A stretch of 64,000 bases of DNA from a bacterium (GCA_021463465.1 JAJTYH010000003.1:147549-211548), one strand, 5' to 3'; positions 38,677 through 48,648 are shown, counted from the first letter of the stretch. Made by a program: numbers and translations. The notes: a model not told the origin generated them from the letters alone.

Positions 38677-39348
38677 TTATATCGCTTTCACACCAGTGCC
38701 AAGTACCATCAATTCTCTTGAGAAACGGTAAAATTTATTTGAATGAATTTTTCTTACTGGTCCCAATATCCTTAGTAGGTATGCAAATTGTTTAAGTGCA
38801 GGATATTTCCAATATAGTGGGTGTTGAAAAAAAAGTTCAGTTGTTACATCCTTGAAACCATATACGTTAAGTGCGTAGTTTAAACTAGTGCTATTAAAAG
38901 GTCTTTTGTGGGTAAAATCGTTGTAGAATAGTTTCATCTGTGAATACCAATCGGGTGTTAGGGTAATAATCCTCCCTCCTGGTTTTAAAATCCTAAACTG
39001 TTCTTTTAAAAAATGTTCAGGTTCGTATAAATGTTCAATCACGGATTTAGAAAAAACGATGTCGAAGGGGTTATCGTCAAAAGGGTATTTATCTTTAGAA
39101 AAGTCGAATATTTTTACATCATTCTTTGTTAATGTTGAGCCAGTTAGATACTCAATATCTCCTCCAGACATATTCATACCTAATCGTTTGAACGCGAGGA
39201 ACATATCGCCCCTCCCGCATCCAAGATCTAGTACTTTAGCTTCGTTAGGTATTGAAAACCTTTCGACCAAATGCTTGGCTAGTGCGTCTGGATAGTTAGT
39301 TACAGGTCTAACTTTTTCACTGTACAGAACTTTAAGGTACGAATTCAT
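38677..39348 (-). CDS. Class I SAM-dependent methyltransferase
   Basis: Motif I 'VLDLGCGRGDMF' and motif II-like 'FDIVFSKSVIEHL'. Confidence 0.6.
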   Translation of the reverse strand: MNSYLKVLYSEKVRPVTNYPDALAKHLVERFSIPNEAKVLDLGCGRGDMFLAFKRLGMNMSGGDIEYLTGSTLTKNDVKIFDFSKDKYPFDDNPFDIVFSKSVIEHLYEPEHFLKEQFRILKPGGRIITLTPDWYSQMKLFYNDFTHKRPFNSTSLNYALNVYGFKDVTTELFFQHPLYWKYPALKQFAYLLRILGPVRKIHSNKFYRFSRELMVLGTGVKAI

Positions 39349-39441
39349 AATGTGTCATTTTGATTTTGTGACGTAATTTTATTCCCAGGTGATTCTAATT
39401 TCAAGCAGGAGTGGTAAAAGATGGTATTTTATGGAGGTTTT

Positions 39442-39450
39442 TGGTATAAT
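39442..39450 (+). promoter_or_regulatory. Extended -10 promoter element TGGTATAAT
   Basis: TGnTATAAT read directly at 39442-39450, about 140 nt upstream of the lipoprotein gene. No good -35 element, which extended -10 promoters often lack. Confidence 0.3.
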
Positions 39451-39588
39451 CCTTCACTCTCAAAAACACTTATGTGTAGGGAGTGATCATTAAAAAGAGA
39501 GAGTAATTAGATTTGTTTTTGGGACATTAACTGTCGCTAATTTTTTGGCGGTAGCTATTGTTCCAAAAATTAAATCCAAGGAGATAGA

Positions 39589-39879
39589 ATGATGAAAAGA
39601 ATGTTGAAGTTAGTGCTCGTCCTTATGTTCGCGGTGGTGTTATGTGGTTGTGGTCCTAAGCCATCGGCTGTTTCTGGCATTGCTGTCTTGAATGGAGAAG
39701 AAACTCCATTCGTATTGCCTGTATGGCAAGTTAACAGCGGCATCCAAAATCAGTTGGTATTCAAACCTGGGGAAGTACCGACAGTCACGTGGGTAAACAC
39801 ATCATGTATGTACGATATTTTCTTGCTTGAATCTGAAAATATGTATGTGCTTAATGTGCAGTGTGACGTGAAAGAGTGA
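39589..39879 (+). CDS. Small lipoprotein
   Basis: Signal peptide with a lipobox: 'MMKRMLKLVLVLMFAVVLCGCGP'. Confidence 0.5.
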   Translation: MMKRMLKLVLVLMFAVVLCGCGPKPSAVSGIAVLNGEETPFVLPVWQVNSGIQNQLVFKPGEVPTVTWVNTSCMYDIFLLESENMYVLNVQCDVKE

Positions 39880-39886
39880 CGAATGA

Positions 39887-39912
39887 GTCAGCCCAAGCCC
39901 TCTTGGGCTGAC
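39887..39912 (+). terminator. Perfect 11-bp hairpin (GTCAGCCCAAG-CCCT-CTTGGGCTGAC) directly after the lipoprotein stop. It has no U-tract.
   Basis: Inverted repeat read directly from the sequence. Confidence 0.3.
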
Positions 39913-40006
39913 ATCATCACTTCTCTGGTTACTCTCTCTTTAAAACCTTCCTGTATTTACTACATCACTTTTTTCTGATATATTTGACATCGAAAGTTAT
40001 ATTGTG

Positions 40007-40035
40007 GAGGTGAGTATAAAAACTCACCTTTTTTT
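40007..40035 (+). terminator. Rho-independent terminator: stem AGGTGAGT / ACTCACCT, loop ATAAAA, followed by TTTTTTT, 35 nt upstream of the nusA ATG
   Basis: Hairpin plus a 7-U tract on the plus strand, read directly from the sequence. Confidence 0.55.
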
Positions 40036-40070
40036 GTATATTATTCCAAATAAGTTATTAGTTTTTAGTT

Positions 40071-41234
40071 ATGGCTATAGTTACAGATTTCCTTGCTGCA
40101 ATAAATCAAATCGCTTCAGAGCGAGGCATTGATCCTCAAAAAATTTACGATGCACTTAAAGAGGCTATATTGGTTGCATATAAGAAAGAATTCATGAAAG
40201 ATGAACCTGTTCTTGCTGAGGGAGAAGTAGGACCTGAAGAGAATCTTTCAGTAGAAATTGATAAAGAAAACGGTTCATTTAGGGTTATTGCCCGTAAAAC
40301 AATTGTTAAGAAAGTTACCGACTCTATTCGTGAGATCTCCCTTAAAGAAGGGAAGCTTATTGCAAAAGATCTTAAAGAAGGAGATGTGGTTGAAATAGAA
40401 CTTCCAAGCGCAAGTGAAGACTTTGGAAGAATTGCAGCTCAAACAGCTAAACAAGTAGTTTTACAAAAAATTCGTGAATCTGAGAAAGAAGCTATTCTTA
40501 CTGAATTCAGCGGTAAGACAGGTCAGGTATTCAATGCGCTTATGCAGAGGATGCAAAGAGGTAATGCTGTCTTTGAGATTGGTAAAGCAGTTGCAATCAT
40601 GCCACCTGAAGAGCAGATTCCTAACGAATTTTACCGAGTTGGTGAGCGATATAAGGTATTGCTTAAAGACATAGTTGATTCCCCTCAAGGGAAGGAATTA
40701 GTTGTTTCAAGAGCATCAAGTGATTTTTTGGTCGAACTTTTCAAAATGGAAGTCCCTGAAATCGAATCAGGCGTAGTTGAGGTGAAAGGTGTGGCTCGAG
40801 AAGGCGGTTCACGTAGCAAGATGGCTGTAATGTCCAATCAGGATGGAATTGACCCAATCGGTTCATGCGTAGGGCAAAGAGGAATGCGTATTGCGAACGT
40901 GATGAGTGAACTAGGTGAAGAGAAGATTGATATTATTGAATGGGATGAAGAGAGAGAAAAATTTATTGCTAATGCACTTAGTCCTGCCAAGGTAGAAAAA
41001 GTTGAAATTAAGAGTGATACAGCGGTTGTCACAGTTGCTGAGGATCAGCTTTCACTTGCAATCGGTCGTGAAGGTCAGAATGTGAGATTAGCTTGGAAGC
41101 TTACCAACATCAAGATTGATATTGTGGGCCCAGATGGTAAATCAGGTAAATCAGAATCCAAAACTGAAACCGATAAGTCAGAGGTAGTAGCTGAAGAAAA
41201 AGTTGAAGTAAAAGAGGAGGTTGCCAGTGAGTAA
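40071..41234 (+). CDS. nusA: Transcription termination/antitermination factor NusA
   Basis: 'MAIVTDFLAAINQIASERGIDPQKIYDALKEAILVAYKK', the S1 domain and two KH domains ('GSRSKMAVMSNQDGIDPIGSCVGQRGMRI', 'AIGREGQNVRLAWKLT'). Confidence 0.9.
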   Translation: MAIVTDFLAAINQIASERGIDPQKIYDALKEAILVAYKKEFMKDEPVLAEGEVGPEENLSVEIDKENGSFRVIARKTIVKKVTDSIREISLKEGKLIAKDLKEGDVVEIELPSASEDFGRIAAQTAKQVVLQKIRESEKEAILTEFSGKTGQVFNALMQRMQRGNAVFEIGKAVAIMPPEEQIPNEFYRVGERYKVLLKDIVDSPQGKELVVSRASSDFLVELFKMEVPEIESGVVEVKGVAREGGSRSKMAVMSNQDGIDPIGSCVGQRGMRIANVMSELGEEKIDIIEWDEEREKFIANALSPAKVEKVEIKSDTAVVTVAEDQLSLAIGREGQNVRLAWKLTNIKIDIVGPDGKSGKSESKTETDKSEVVAEEKVEVKEEVASE

Positions 41235-41574
41235 TGCGCTTCATGTTCCAATACGAATGTGTGCGGTTACCAGGGAGAAATTACCTAAGAGAGAACTTTT
41301 GAGGTTTGTCTGGGTTAAAGAGAGTAAACAGGTAGTATTGGATCAAGGGGAAAGAGTTAGAGGAAGGGGATTGAATATGAAACCTGATTTGGAAGTTTTT
41401 GATAAAGCTATAAAAATCAAACTTTTCGAACGTAGCTTTAAGATAACTTTTTCGCCAGAAGAACTTGCAAAATTACGCTCGCAGGTAGATGATTACATCG
41501 GTGCGAAATTTAGAGAGAAGAAAGTAGTCAGAATATCGAATGAACAGTTAGTTAACCTTAAGAAATCGAAATGA
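41221..41574 (+). CDS. ylxR: YlxR (DUF448) family RNA-binding protein
   Basis: 'RMCAVTREKLPKRELLRFV'. Sits in the canonical position between nusA and infB. Confidence 0.7.
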   Translation: MPVSNALHVPIRMCAVTREKLPKRELLRFVWVKESKQVVLDQGERVRGRGLNMKPDLEVFDKAIKIKLFERSFKITFSPEELAKLRSQVDDYIGAKFREKKVVRISNEQLVNLKKSK

Positions 41575-43091
41575 AACCTACGCGCATACCAATTGTTACA
41601 ATCTTGGGTCATGTGGATCACGGAAAGACAACTTTGTTGGATTATATTCGCGGCGCTAATGTCGTAGATTCCGAAGCTGGTGGCATAACACAACGGGTTT
41701 CAGTTTTTACCGTAGATGTCAAAGATGGTCACAAGGTTACATTTATTGATACCCCAGGCCACGAAGCCTTTGATTTGATGCGCTCCCGCGGAGGAAGTAT
41801 TGCAGATATAGTTCTCCTTATTGTGGCTGCAGATGATGGCGTTATGCCTCAGACTGAAGAATCGATTGAGATTATTAAAAACTCCAACGCCAAGCCTATT
41901 GTTGTAATAAACAAGGTAGATTTGCCAGGTATTGATATTGAAAAGATTAAAAGAGATGTGACTAACAAAGGTATTTTTGTAGAAGGTATGGGCGGGCAAG
42001 TGCCGGTGGTACAGATTTCAGCTAAGACCGGACAGAATGTTGATATGCTCCTTGAGACAATTTCGTTGGTAGCGCAGGTTGAAGGCTTAATAGAGCGACC
42101 AGATCTTCCAAATGGGTTAGTCGGGAAAGCTTTTGTACTTGAGTCAGTAAAAGATAAAAATAAAGGAAAAGTGTCTACTGTGATTATGACTCATGGCGAA
42201 CTATCACGGGGTATGTGGTTAGGATATGTATCTAAAGGTAAAACATACTCTGAGAAAGTAAAAGGTTTAATTAGCGAAAATGATGAAAACCTTGAGTTAC
42301 TAGCGGAAGGTATGGGTGGAAAGATTTTAGGACTCTCTGAGTTAATGGAGTTGGGAAGTGAAATTTTTGTGACGACAGAGAAGAAAGAGCGAAAAATAGA
42401 AGCCGTTATTGCTCAGGAAAATCTTGAAAATATTGAAGAGTCCAATGCCGTGGATCTTGCTGCGTTATTTGGACAGGCTGTAAAGGAAGAGGAAAAGACA
42501 CTTAAGGTTGTAGTCAAAGCCTCGTCAGAAGGATCTCTTGAGGCTTTGCGTAAAACTTTAAGTAAAGTTGATGAGGATGGGTATAAGGTGGAGATTGTGC
42601 AGGATGGTTTGGGGGATATTACGCAGAAGGACTTAGAGATGGCAGAAGTGACGAAATCAATCATTTTGGGTTTTGAGGTTAAAATTGAGAAGGGCGTTGC
42701 AGATCTAGCAATAAAGAAGCGAATACTGATTAAGACTTACGATTTGGTTTACAAGCTTGTTGAGGAGATTTCTGATGCGATCGTTGCCTTATCTTCACCT
42801 CAAGAGAGTGAAGAAGAGATTGGAAGCGCTACTGTGAAAGCAATTTTTACTCTTTCAAACGGTACAACTGTGATTGGCTGTCAGGTTGCATCTGGAGTAG
42901 TAAAGAAAGGCGGTAAAGCGTATATAGTCAGGGGGGATGATATCATCGGTGAAGGGAAAATAGAGTCGTTAAGGCATGAGAAGGAAACTATTAACGAGGC
43001 AAAGAAGGGAGTTGAGTGTGGGGTGATTGTATCCAACAAAATCGAGGCGATTGTAGGTGATACACTTTACTGTTACAAGGTAATCAAGTAA
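41571..43091 (+). CDS. infB: Translation initiation factor IF-2, short form lacking the N-terminal extension
   Basis: G-domain '[18 protein letters not shown]', 'DTPGHEAF', 'NKVD'. C-terminal beta-barrel '[36 protein letters not shown]'. 506 aa. Confidence 0.9.
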   Translation: MKPTRIPIVTILGHVDHGKTTLLDYIRGANVVDSEAGGITQRVSVFTVDVKDGHKVTFIDTPGHEAFDLMRSRGGSIADIVLLIVAADDGVMPQTEESIEIIKNSNAKPIVVINKVDLPGIDIEKIKRDVTNKGIFVEGMGGQVPVVQISAKTGQNVDMLLETISLVAQVEGLIERPDLPNGLVGKAFVLESVKDKNKGKVSTVIMTHGELSRGMWLGYVSKGKTYSEKVKGLISENDENLELLAEGMGGKILGLSELMELGSEIFVTTEKKERKIEAVIAQENLENIEESNAVDLAALFGQAVKEEEKTLKVVVKASSEGSLEALRKTLSKVDEDGYKVEIVQDGLGDITQKDLEMAEVTKSIILGFEVKIEKGVADLAIKKRILIKTYDLVYKLVEEISDAIVALSSPQESEEEIGSATVKAIFTLSNGTTVIGCQVASGVVKKGGKAYIVRGDDIIGEGKIESLRHEKETINEAKKGVECGVIVSNKIEAIVGDTLYCYKVIK

Positions 43092-43121
43092 GATATACCT
43101 AAATACTTTTTCTACAGGTTT

Positions 43122-44285
43122 ATGTCGGAGGTTAATAACCTTTTTCAATTAGTTAAACCTGCCCAAAATCTTCTGCTAGTTTTAGGCGACTTGACATTTA
43201 CCCGAGATATTGATGCTCTTAGTGCTTTGCTAGCTTATCTCAAATCCGAAAATAAAAGTTTCGAACTACTTACTTTTTCCGAATTTTCTCATGAGATTGA
43301 TGATAAACTTAAGTCTCGGAATATTGTTATTAAAAATGAGATTAAGCCAACTGAATACACTGTCACAATTGATTACGGCAGTTCAGGAGTAGAAAAGGTG
43401 GTTTATGATACTGACAAGGAGGCTGGGAAATTAGTTTTTAAAATCTTACCTTCAAAGTCAGGATTTAGTTTTGACAAAATAGAATTCACGGAAGGAGGGG
43501 GCAAGTTTGACGCTACTATCTTGATTGGTATAACTAATCCTAAAACTCTTCAACCTTTTTATGATGAGAATGAGTACCTTTTCAAGGAAAACCCTTTTTT
43601 TTCTATTGCTACATACGAAGATATTTTCAGCTTGTTCATGGATTCTGAAATCGAGTGGCAGCCTCAAGCCTTAGATACTTTACTGCAAAACTATCTCAAT
43701 GGTGTCAACTTAATTGAGGGTCAACCCGATTCTCAAGCAATTAAGAATGTTATGACGCTTGTTGATAGAGGCGGGAGTATATCTGATGCTCTCAAAGCCA
43801 AGTACTACTCACATAGTCCTGAATATATCGATTTGGTTAGACAGATATTTGCAAATGTAAGAATCAGTGGCTATGTAATTTACTCCGTTCTGGAAAAAGA
43901 AAATCTTATTGGTTTGGATTTAGATGAAATATCAGGTTACGGTAGGATTCCTTTCAATCTTGCAAGTAGTTATAAATTAGCCTTTCTGTTTTACGAATTA
44001 CAGGATGGTATTAGGGTTATTGTTGAATCCAATGACCCAAAAAGTTACAGTGCATCAACAATTGCAGGGGTATTTAGTGGTAGTGGTGATGCAGGACATA
44101 GCGTGTGTGATCTTAATGATGTGAAATTGGAAGAGCTTAATAAGCGATTTTGGCCGATACTAAAGGACTTGTATAGCATTGAAGTAGACGTAGTGGCCGA
44201 TAGTAAGAATGTGGATAACTCGGCTAGGGTGTTGACAAAAGCCCGTAGAAATAGTAAAAATAAAGGCTTGAAAGATAGTAAGTAA
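43122..44285 (+). CDS. DHH/DHHA1-like protein, apparently lacking the catalytic DHH motif
   Basis: An N-terminal 'DIDALSA' segment that could correspond to DHH motif I (DxD...GS) and a C-terminal 'GSGDAGHS' (GGGH-like DHHA1 motif), but no DHH triad. It occupies the rbfA/nrnA-like slot of the infB operon. Confidence 0.3.
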   Translation: MSEVNNLFQLVKPAQNLLLVLGDLTFTRDIDALSALLAYLKSENKSFELLTFSEFSHEIDDKLKSRNIVIKNEIKPTEYTVTIDYGSSGVEKVVYDTDKEAGKLVFKILPSKSGFSFDKIEFTEGGGKFDATILIGITNPKTLQPFYDENEYLFKENPFFSIATYEDIFSLFMDSEIEWQPQALDTLLQNYLNGVNLIEGQPDSQAIKNVMTLVDRGGSISDALKAKYYSHSPEYIDLVRQIFANVRISGYVIYSVLEKENLIGLDLDEISGYGRIPFNLASSYKLAFLFYELQDGIRVIVESNDPKSYSASTIAGVFSGSGDAGHSVCDLNDVKLEELNKRFWPILKDLYSIEVDVVADSKNVDNSARVLTKARRNSKNKGLKDSK

Positions 44286-44351
44286 CTACTATAGTCTAGT
44301 GTGATTTCCTATTGTAAAAGCAAATAATTGTATGCTACTCTGATTGTATAT

Positions 44352-44615
44352 ATGTCATTAACTAAAGATAGAAAAGCCGAAATTATCAAAAAGTATGCCG
44401 CCAAAGAAGGCGATACTGGTTCTCCTGCCGTTCAGATTGCTTTGTTAACTGAGCAGATTAATGCTTTGACTGAGCACTTAAAAGGGCACAAGAAAGATAA
44501 TCACTCAAGACGAGGTCTGCTCCAAATGGTAGGACGAAGACGCCGACTTGTTGAATATTTGAAGAATTCTGATGAAACGTCCTACAAGAAGATAGTTAAG
44601 GATTTAGGGCTTTAA
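44352..44615 (+). CDS. rpsO: 30S ribosomal protein S15
   Basis: '[70 protein letters not shown]'. Confidence 0.9.
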   Translation: MSLTKDRKAEIIKKYAAKEGDTGSPAVQIALLTEQINALTEHLKGHKKDNHSRRGLLQMVGRRRRLVEYLKNSDETSYKKIVKDLGL

Positions 44616-44709
44616 ATCTTAAAACCTTTACATCTCCTCAATATACTTTCACAAAACAAAATGCTATGCTCTGTGCTGGGCATTTGATTTAATTTTTTAT
44701 GTTTAATTT

Positions 44710-46833
44710 ATGTTGTTTAACGAAAAAGTACACGAGTTTGAGATCGAAGGAAGAAAAGTTTCTTTCTCAAGTGGCAAATATGCCAGAAGATCTTCCGGCT
44801 CAGTGTTTGCACGTATGGGTGAGACTGCTGTTTTAGTCAATGTTGACTCCCAAGCACCTAAAGGCGAAGGTGATTTCTTTCCAATGACAGTAGAGTATGT
44901 AGAAAAACTCTTTGCTGCAGGTAAGATATCTTCTTCTAAATTTGTAAAACGGGAGAGATTTCCAACCGATGCCGCAATATTACGAGCTAGAATGATCGAT
45001 CGTTCATTCAGATCGCGATTTCCAGCTGATTATCGAAATGAAGTAACCATAACAATTACAGTTCTCTCTTACGATTCACAGAACGACCCATTGATTCTGG
45101 CTATTAACGCAGCTTCTGCGGCTATTATGCTTTCAAAGGTTCCTTTTGATGGACCTATTGCTGGTGTCCGAATCGGACTTAAAGATGGCAATCCAGTAGC
45201 TAAGTATGAAGTCATTGATGAGACTTCGGAAGAAGATCAGATGAACTATGTCGCTTCTGGTGACGGAAAACTTTTCACTATGGTCGATGCTGGTTGTCAT
45301 GAAGTACCTGAAAATCAGGTAGTTGAAGGTATGAAATACGGATTGGAACTCATGAATCCATGGATGGAGGCTCAACAGAAGTTTATTGATATGTTCGAAG
45401 TTCAAAAAGAAGAATATACATCTCATGCTGTTCCAGAAGAACTTTTGGCTCAGATGAAAACTTTCTTGGGTGATGAGGTGAAGCGCAATGCAACTTCTGA
45501 TAAACCAGAGCTGACAACCGAGTCGTTGGAAAAGGTTTACAAAGAGTACGAGGGAAAGTACAGCAAAGTCACAATTAGTGAAGCCTATTACAAGCTTCTT
45601 AAGAAAGAAGTACGCGCTATGATTTTGGATCGAAAAGAGCGAATTGATGGCCGCAAAGTAGATGAGATCAGAGAATTGGATATGGAAGTTGGTGTATTGC
45701 CGAGGGTACACGGTAGTTCTTTATTTACTCGTGGTATGACTCAGTCGTTAACAGTTGCAACTTTGGGCAATACTCGTGATCAACGATTGGTTGAAGATAT
45801 TGCTGGAGAGGAACTTAAATCCTATATGCATTTTTACGATGCAATGCCTTTCTCTTTAGGTGAGGCTGGGAGAATTAAGTGGATTCCAGGTCGAAGAGAG
45901 ACCGGCCATAGCGCTTTAGCTGAAAAAGCTTTAGCACCAGTAGTTCCATCTTTAGATGAGTTTCCTTACACAGTGTTGTTGGTAAGCGAAGTCTTATCTC
46001 AGAACGGTTCAAGCTCAATGGCTGCAACTTGTGCATCAACGCTTGCTCTTATGGATGCAGGTGTGCCTATCAAGCGACCCGTTGCAGGAATTGCGATGGG
46101 AGTTATTACGGACGATGAAGGCGAGAAGTTCCAAATCCTAACAGATATAAGAGATGTAGAAGATTTCTATGGAGACATGGACTTCAAGGTTACAGGAACT
46201 ACTAAAGGTATTACTGCTGTACAGATGGATAACAAGGCTGCGGGTCTTCCTATTGAAGTGTTTGAACAAGCAATTGCTCAGGCTAGACAAGCTCGAGAAT
46301 TTATCTTGGAAAAAATTGAGAAGGTAATTGCATCTCCACGAGCTGAAGTTTCTAAATATGCACCTAAAGTATTAGTAGTTAAGATTCCAGTTGAAAAGAT
46401 AGGGGAATTGATTGGTCCGGGTGGAAAGAATATAAAAGAACTCAGTGAGGGTACCGGTTGCCAGATTAATGTTGAAGATGATGGTACTGTTCAGATCTTT
46501 GGAGACGATATGGAGTCGATTGAGAAAGCTAATAAGTATGTTTCAGGCTTAGCATTTGTTCCTGAAGTAGGCGGTGTTTACAAAGGAGTTGTTGATGGAG
46601 TGATGGAATATGGTGCATTCGTTGAGATTGCTCCTAACGTGTCAGGTCTAGTTCATGTCTCTGAAATGTCTAACGAATTTGTTAAAGATGTTCGTGATTT
46701 TGTGACTGAAGGACAAGAAGTTGAAGTTAAGATCTTGGATATTGGTAGAGATGGTAAGATCAAGATGAGTATGAAAGCTGTAAAAGGCGAAGCTACTGAT
46801 AGTGGAGAAGATAGACCTCGAAGGAGAGATTAA
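44710..46833 (+). CDS. pnp: Polyribonucleotide nucleotidyltransferase (PNPase)
   Basis: Two RNase PH domains, then a KH domain ('VKIPVEKIGELIGPGGKNIKEL') and an S1 domain ('GVYKGVVDGVMEYGAFVEI'). 707 aa. Confidence 0.92.
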   Translation: MLFNEKVHEFEIEGRKVSFSSGKYARRSSGSVFARMGETAVLVNVDSQAPKGEGDFFPMTVEYVEKLFAAGKISSSKFVKRERFPTDAAILRARMIDRSFRSRFPADYRNEVTITITVLSYDSQNDPLILAINAASAAIMLSKVPFDGPIAGVRIGLKDGNPVAKYEVIDETSEEDQMNYVASGDGKLFTMVDAGCHEVPENQVVEGMKYGLELMNPWMEAQQKFIDMFEVQKEEYTSHAVPEELLAQMKTFLGDEVKRNATSDKPELTTESLEKVYKEYEGKYSKVTISEAYYKLLKKEVRAMILDRKERIDGRKVDEIRELDMEVGVLPRVHGSSLFTRGMTQSLTVATLGNTRDQRLVEDIAGEELKSYMHFYDAMPFSLGEAGRIKWIPGRRETGHSALAEKALAPVVPSLDEFPYTVLLVSEVLSQNGSSSMAATCASTLALMDAGVPIKRPVAGIAMGVITDDEGEKFQILTDIRDVEDFYGDMDFKVTGTTKGITAVQMDNKAAGLPIEVFEQAIAQARQAREFILEKIEKVIASPRAEVSKYAPKVLVVKIPVEKIGELIGPGGKNIKELSEGTGCQINVEDDGTVQIFGDDMESIEKANKYVSGLAFVPEVGGVYKGVVDGVMEYGAFVEIAPNVSGLVHVSEMSNEFVKDVRDFVTEGQEVEVKILDIGRDGKIKMSMKAVKGEATDSGEDRPRRRD

Positions 46834-47834
46834 GCTTTTTGGATGATGGCGATATAGAAAGCCATCATCCTGCTACTTGGTAAAATGCGATACGTGTCGG
46901 ACATAGACTTGTGATATGTCCGACTATTCCATTTCAATAGTCCTCTTTTAACATTGTTCTTGTAGTTGGCGAACTCAGTTGAGTTAAATAGTGGTACAGG
47001 TACGACTTTAGCCCGTGAGTACTTGTCTAAGAGATAACTCACAATCCCTTCGTTTTCATCTGGTTCAAGGGTGCAGGTAGAGTAGACCATAGTGCCACCT
47101 CTTTTAAGCGCGTTGAAACCTGATTCGATTAAATTTTGTTGGACTTTGGTTAAAGCCTTAACTTTTTTCACGTTCCAAAAGCGTAGAGCCATTGGTGCTG
47201 AAAGATAAATCATACCCTCTCCTGAACAAGGAGCATCTAAGAGCACTTTGTCGAAACTTTCCCGTTCTAACCTACCAAATAAGTTGGCATCTTCATTAGT
47301 AACTTCAGCATTTTGTACATTAAAAAGATTTAACACATCCCTCAATTTTTTTACTCTCCATGGGTCAACATCATTGGCTATCAGCACTCCTTGATTACTC
47401 ATGTAATCAGAAAGTTGCGTAGTTTTGCTCCCAGGTGCAGCACACATATCCAGTACTCTGTCAGATGGATTTGGATTAAGGAGTAGTGGAGGAACCATGC
47501 TAGAGAGATTTTGAATGTAGAAGAGACCTTCGAAATATTCCGGCAGTTTACCTACATCTGACTTATCTAAATTCACAACGATATAGGTATGGTCAATCCA
47601 CGGCACTTTCTCTAGTTGTAGGCCTAACTTCACAAGTTTGGCCTTAGTCACTTCTGGTGATTGTATAAGAGAGTTCAGTCTTATGACTGTAACAGTTCTT
47701 TCGTTAAAGAGATTATGTGCTACACCGTTTGGTACTTTTAGAATACTTGCCATCCGAGTTAGGAAGATGTCAGTCTTTGTGTAGTACTTCTTCTTATCCT
47801 TGTATCGTTGTTTGTAGCTCTTTTTTCGTCTCAA
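46830..47834 (-). CDS. rRNA cytosine-C5 methyltransferase, RsmB/RsmF (NOL1/NOP2/Sun) family
   Basis: 'VLDMCAAPGSKTTQL', 'DAPCSGEGMI', 'VYSTCT'. Confidence 0.75.
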   Translation of the reverse strand: MRRKKSYKQRYKDKKKYYTKTDIFLTRMASILKVPNGVAHNLFNERTVTVIRLNSLIQSPEVTKAKLVKLGLQLEKVPWIDHTYIVVNLDKSDVGKLPEYFEGLFYIQNLSSMVPPLLLNPNPSDRVLDMCAAPGSKTTQLSDYMSNQGVLIANDVDPWRVKKLRDVLNLFNVQNAEVTNEDANLFGRLERESFDKVLLDAPCSGEGMIYLSAPMALRFWNVKKVKALTKVQQNLIESGFNALKRGGTMVYSTCTLEPDENEGIVSYLLDKYSRAKVVPVPLFNSTEFANYKNNVKRGLLKWNSRTYHKSMSDTYRILPSSRMMAFYIAIIQKA

Positions 47835-48556
47835 AGTTGGTTATGCAGAAACTTAATAATTGATGTAGCAACAAGCGGTGTTGTTTCTGTTCTTAGTATA
47901 TTGCCAGATAATCTAACAAATTGAAAATCCATTTGTTTGAAAAGATTAAGTTCGTCAAAACTCCATCCGGACTCAGGGCCGAAAGCCATCTCGATTGATG
48001 AGTATTGTGCAATGGGAAGGGTTTTTAGATTTACAGTCGCAATATTTTCAGTAGCGAAGCAAAGCTTTAATGTCTTTTCTGAGGTAGTAGTTTTTAGGTC
48101 TTTGATTGTAATCAGTTGATTGATTACAGGTGGATTTGGGTTTCGAGACTGTTCGGTGGCATCTTTTACAATTTTACTCCATAGCTTGGACTCTTTCGTC
48201 GCTTGGTTGGGTTTAATTATTGAGTATTCGCATTGTAATGGAATTATTTCATTTACACCTATCTCTGTAATTTTTTCTAAAAATACTCCAAATTTGGAAA
48301 TGTGGCTGACTCCTTGGATTATGGTTATTTGTAAATCTAACTCTTTGACTGTGTCATTAATTTGTTTGAGTATTTCTACTTCAACTGAGTTTTTCTCTAA
48401 AAAGGTTACTTGAGCATGAAAAGTTCCGCTAGGGGACGTTACTCGAAGCAAATCCTCTTCTTTGATTCCCAACTCAATGGCAAAACGGCTGTCATTGTCT
48501 GCTAAGTGGGTGATGTCGCCTATGCTGAGCTTGTGTGGGATATAGTAATTTTGCAT
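47831..48556 (-). CDS. rsmE: 16S rRNA (uracil1498-N3)-methyltransferase RsmE-like
   Basis: 241 aa. The C-terminal 'RLSGNILRTETTPLVATSII' matches the RsmE SPOUT knot region. It overlaps the downstream methyltransferase gene by 4 nt. Confidence 0.65.
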   Translation of the reverse strand: MQNYYIPHKLSIGDITHLADNDSRFAIELGIKEEDLLRVTSPSGTFHAQVTFLEKNSVEVEILKQINDTVKELDLQITIIQGVSHISKFGVFLEKITEIGVNEIIPLQCEYSIIKPNQATKESKLWSKIVKDATEQSRNPNPPVINQLITIKDLKTTTSEKTLKLCFATENIATVNLKTLPIAQYSSIEMAFGPESGWSFDELNLFKQMDFQFVRLSGNILRTETTPLVATSIIKFLHNQL

Positions 48557-48648
48557 TGTCTGATTATATCATCAATATGAATGAAAATTGACAATTATTA
48601 TGCTAAATGGTTGTATATATACAGGCAATAATTTTGCTTTGACTGCCG

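Noticed and set aside
44616-44709. Hairpin AAATGC...GCATTT between rpsO and pnp as an RNase III processing site
   Set aside because: It is only a 6-bp AT-rich stem with a 15-nt loop. That is too weak to call, although the location matches the E. coli rpsO-pnp processing hairpin.
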